Origin: Pyrinomonadaceae bacterium
GTDB lineage: Bacteria; Acidobacteriota; Blastocatellia; Pyrinomonadales; Pyrinomonadaceae
Assembly (NCBI GenBank): GCA_046594975.1
Contig: JBKJRA010000073.1
Coordinates: 1 to 27,424, forward strand
Direction of reading: 5' to 3'
DNA: 27,424 bases
The notes beneath the pieces were generated by a model. It ran no database searches, was not told where the DNA came from, and saw nothing but the letters and a program-made list of their open reading frames with translations. Every line of letters begins with the position of its first letter. Within the stretch, counting starts at the first letter, position 1. Positions 26,656 through 27,424 of the stretch are shown in pieces. The position numbers and the translations under genes are program-made.

Positions 26656-27424
26656 ATGTTCAAGAAGTCATTTTTGTTTCTTATAGTATGTGCATTTTTA
26701 GCGTTGAGCGTCCCGGCTCAGAAATTTGATTATCCGAAACCCCGTCGTGGCGATCAGGTTGATGATTATCACGGAGTAAAGGTTGCGGACCCGTATCGCT
26801 GGATGGAGGACGTTGATTCCGCTGAAACAAAGGCTTGGATCGACGCAGAGAACAAGTTAACTAACTCATACCTTTCAACCATCCCTCAGCGTGAAGCATT
26901 AAAGGCCCGCCTAACGGAATTAACAAACTACGAAAAGATATCGGCACCGTCAAAGATCGCTGAGGGCTTTTACCTCTATTCGAAAAACGACGGCCTGCAA
27001 AATCAGAGCGTGCTTTATAAAGCGACCTCGATCAATGATCCGGGAGCCGTTTTCTTTGACCCGAACAAGATCCTCGCCGACGGCACCGCTGCATTGAGCG
27101 GCTCAAATTTTACCGACGACGGCAAATTATGGGCTTATGGCGTTGCAATTGCAGGCAGCGACCGAACCGAATGGCACGTGATGGATGTCGCGACCGGCAA
27201 ACTGCTGTCCGACACGCTCGCACCTAACCGCCAAGGCGTAAACGCCTGGCTCAAGGACAACTCAGGCTTTTACTACACCGGCTATGCCCCGACGGAAAAG
27301 GGGGCTGAGCTAAAGGCTGCGACGAAATTTCAAAAAGTGTTTTTTCATAAATTAGGAACGCCGCAATCGGCTGACTACGTCGTTTATGAGCGTCCCGATA
27401 ACGGTGACTACTTTAGCGGCGTTG
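26656..27424 (+). CDS. Secreted prolyl oligopeptidase (S9A), 5' part only
   Basis: Manual translation from ATG 26656: MFKKSFLFLIVCAFLALSVPAQKFDYPKPRRGDQVDDYHGVKVADPYRWMED, the classic S9A N-terminus; open to the window end. Not in the ORF track. Confidence 0.92.
   Translation, partial: MFKKSFLFLIVCAFLALSVPAQKFDYPKPRRGDQVDDYHGVKVADPYRWMEDVDSAETKAWIDAENKLTNSYLSTIPQREALKARLTELTNYEKISAPSKIAEGFYLYSKNDGLQNQSVLYKATSINDPGAVFFDPNKILADGTAALSGSNFTDDGKLWAYGVAIAGSDRTEWHVMDVATGKLLSDTLAPNRQGVNAWLKDNSGFYYTGYAPTEKGAELKAATKFQKVFFHKLGTPQSADYVVYERPDNGDYFSGV

Overview
Mostly core-genome window, about 50% GC by eye. Gene style suggests Acidobacteriota (Blastocatellia/Pyrinomonadaceae-like); this is an inference. 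Left part: fabH (partial)-rpmF-yceD, pyrD divergent from pyrR-pyrB-pyrC, a secreted hypothetical protein, a TerC protein, an astacin-like peptidase, an RluA-family pseudouridine synthase, and a GAF/sigma54 activator overlapping glnE. Middle: a 2.3-kb accessory island (12872-15213) bounded by two inverted copies of a 34-nt palindromic REP-like repeat. It holds orphan ORFs, an 11 x 21-nt tandem array that hides a start-less amphipathic heptad frame on the minus strand, and a 231-aa unknown gene with its own promoter. Right part: M14 peptidase, SRPBCC protein, a radical SAM / MGDG-synthase-like / SDR cluster interrupted by a 231-nt highly structured RNA-like element, and a cysteine desulfurase. 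The most striking locus is an 80-aa secreted precursor carrying repeated short hydrophobic cores (GILISD x2, GIIIFG x2) under a sigma54-like promoter. It is divergent from a multi-TM GGDEF-EAL protein that is followed by a secreted prolyl oligopeptidase, a candidate peptide-to-c-di-GMP signalling system. Three housekeeping genes (pyrB, the RluA gene, glnE) carry in-frame insertions made of palindromic or 7-9-nt tandem DNA repeats. No CRISPR array, rRNA, canonical tRNA or transposase was seen.
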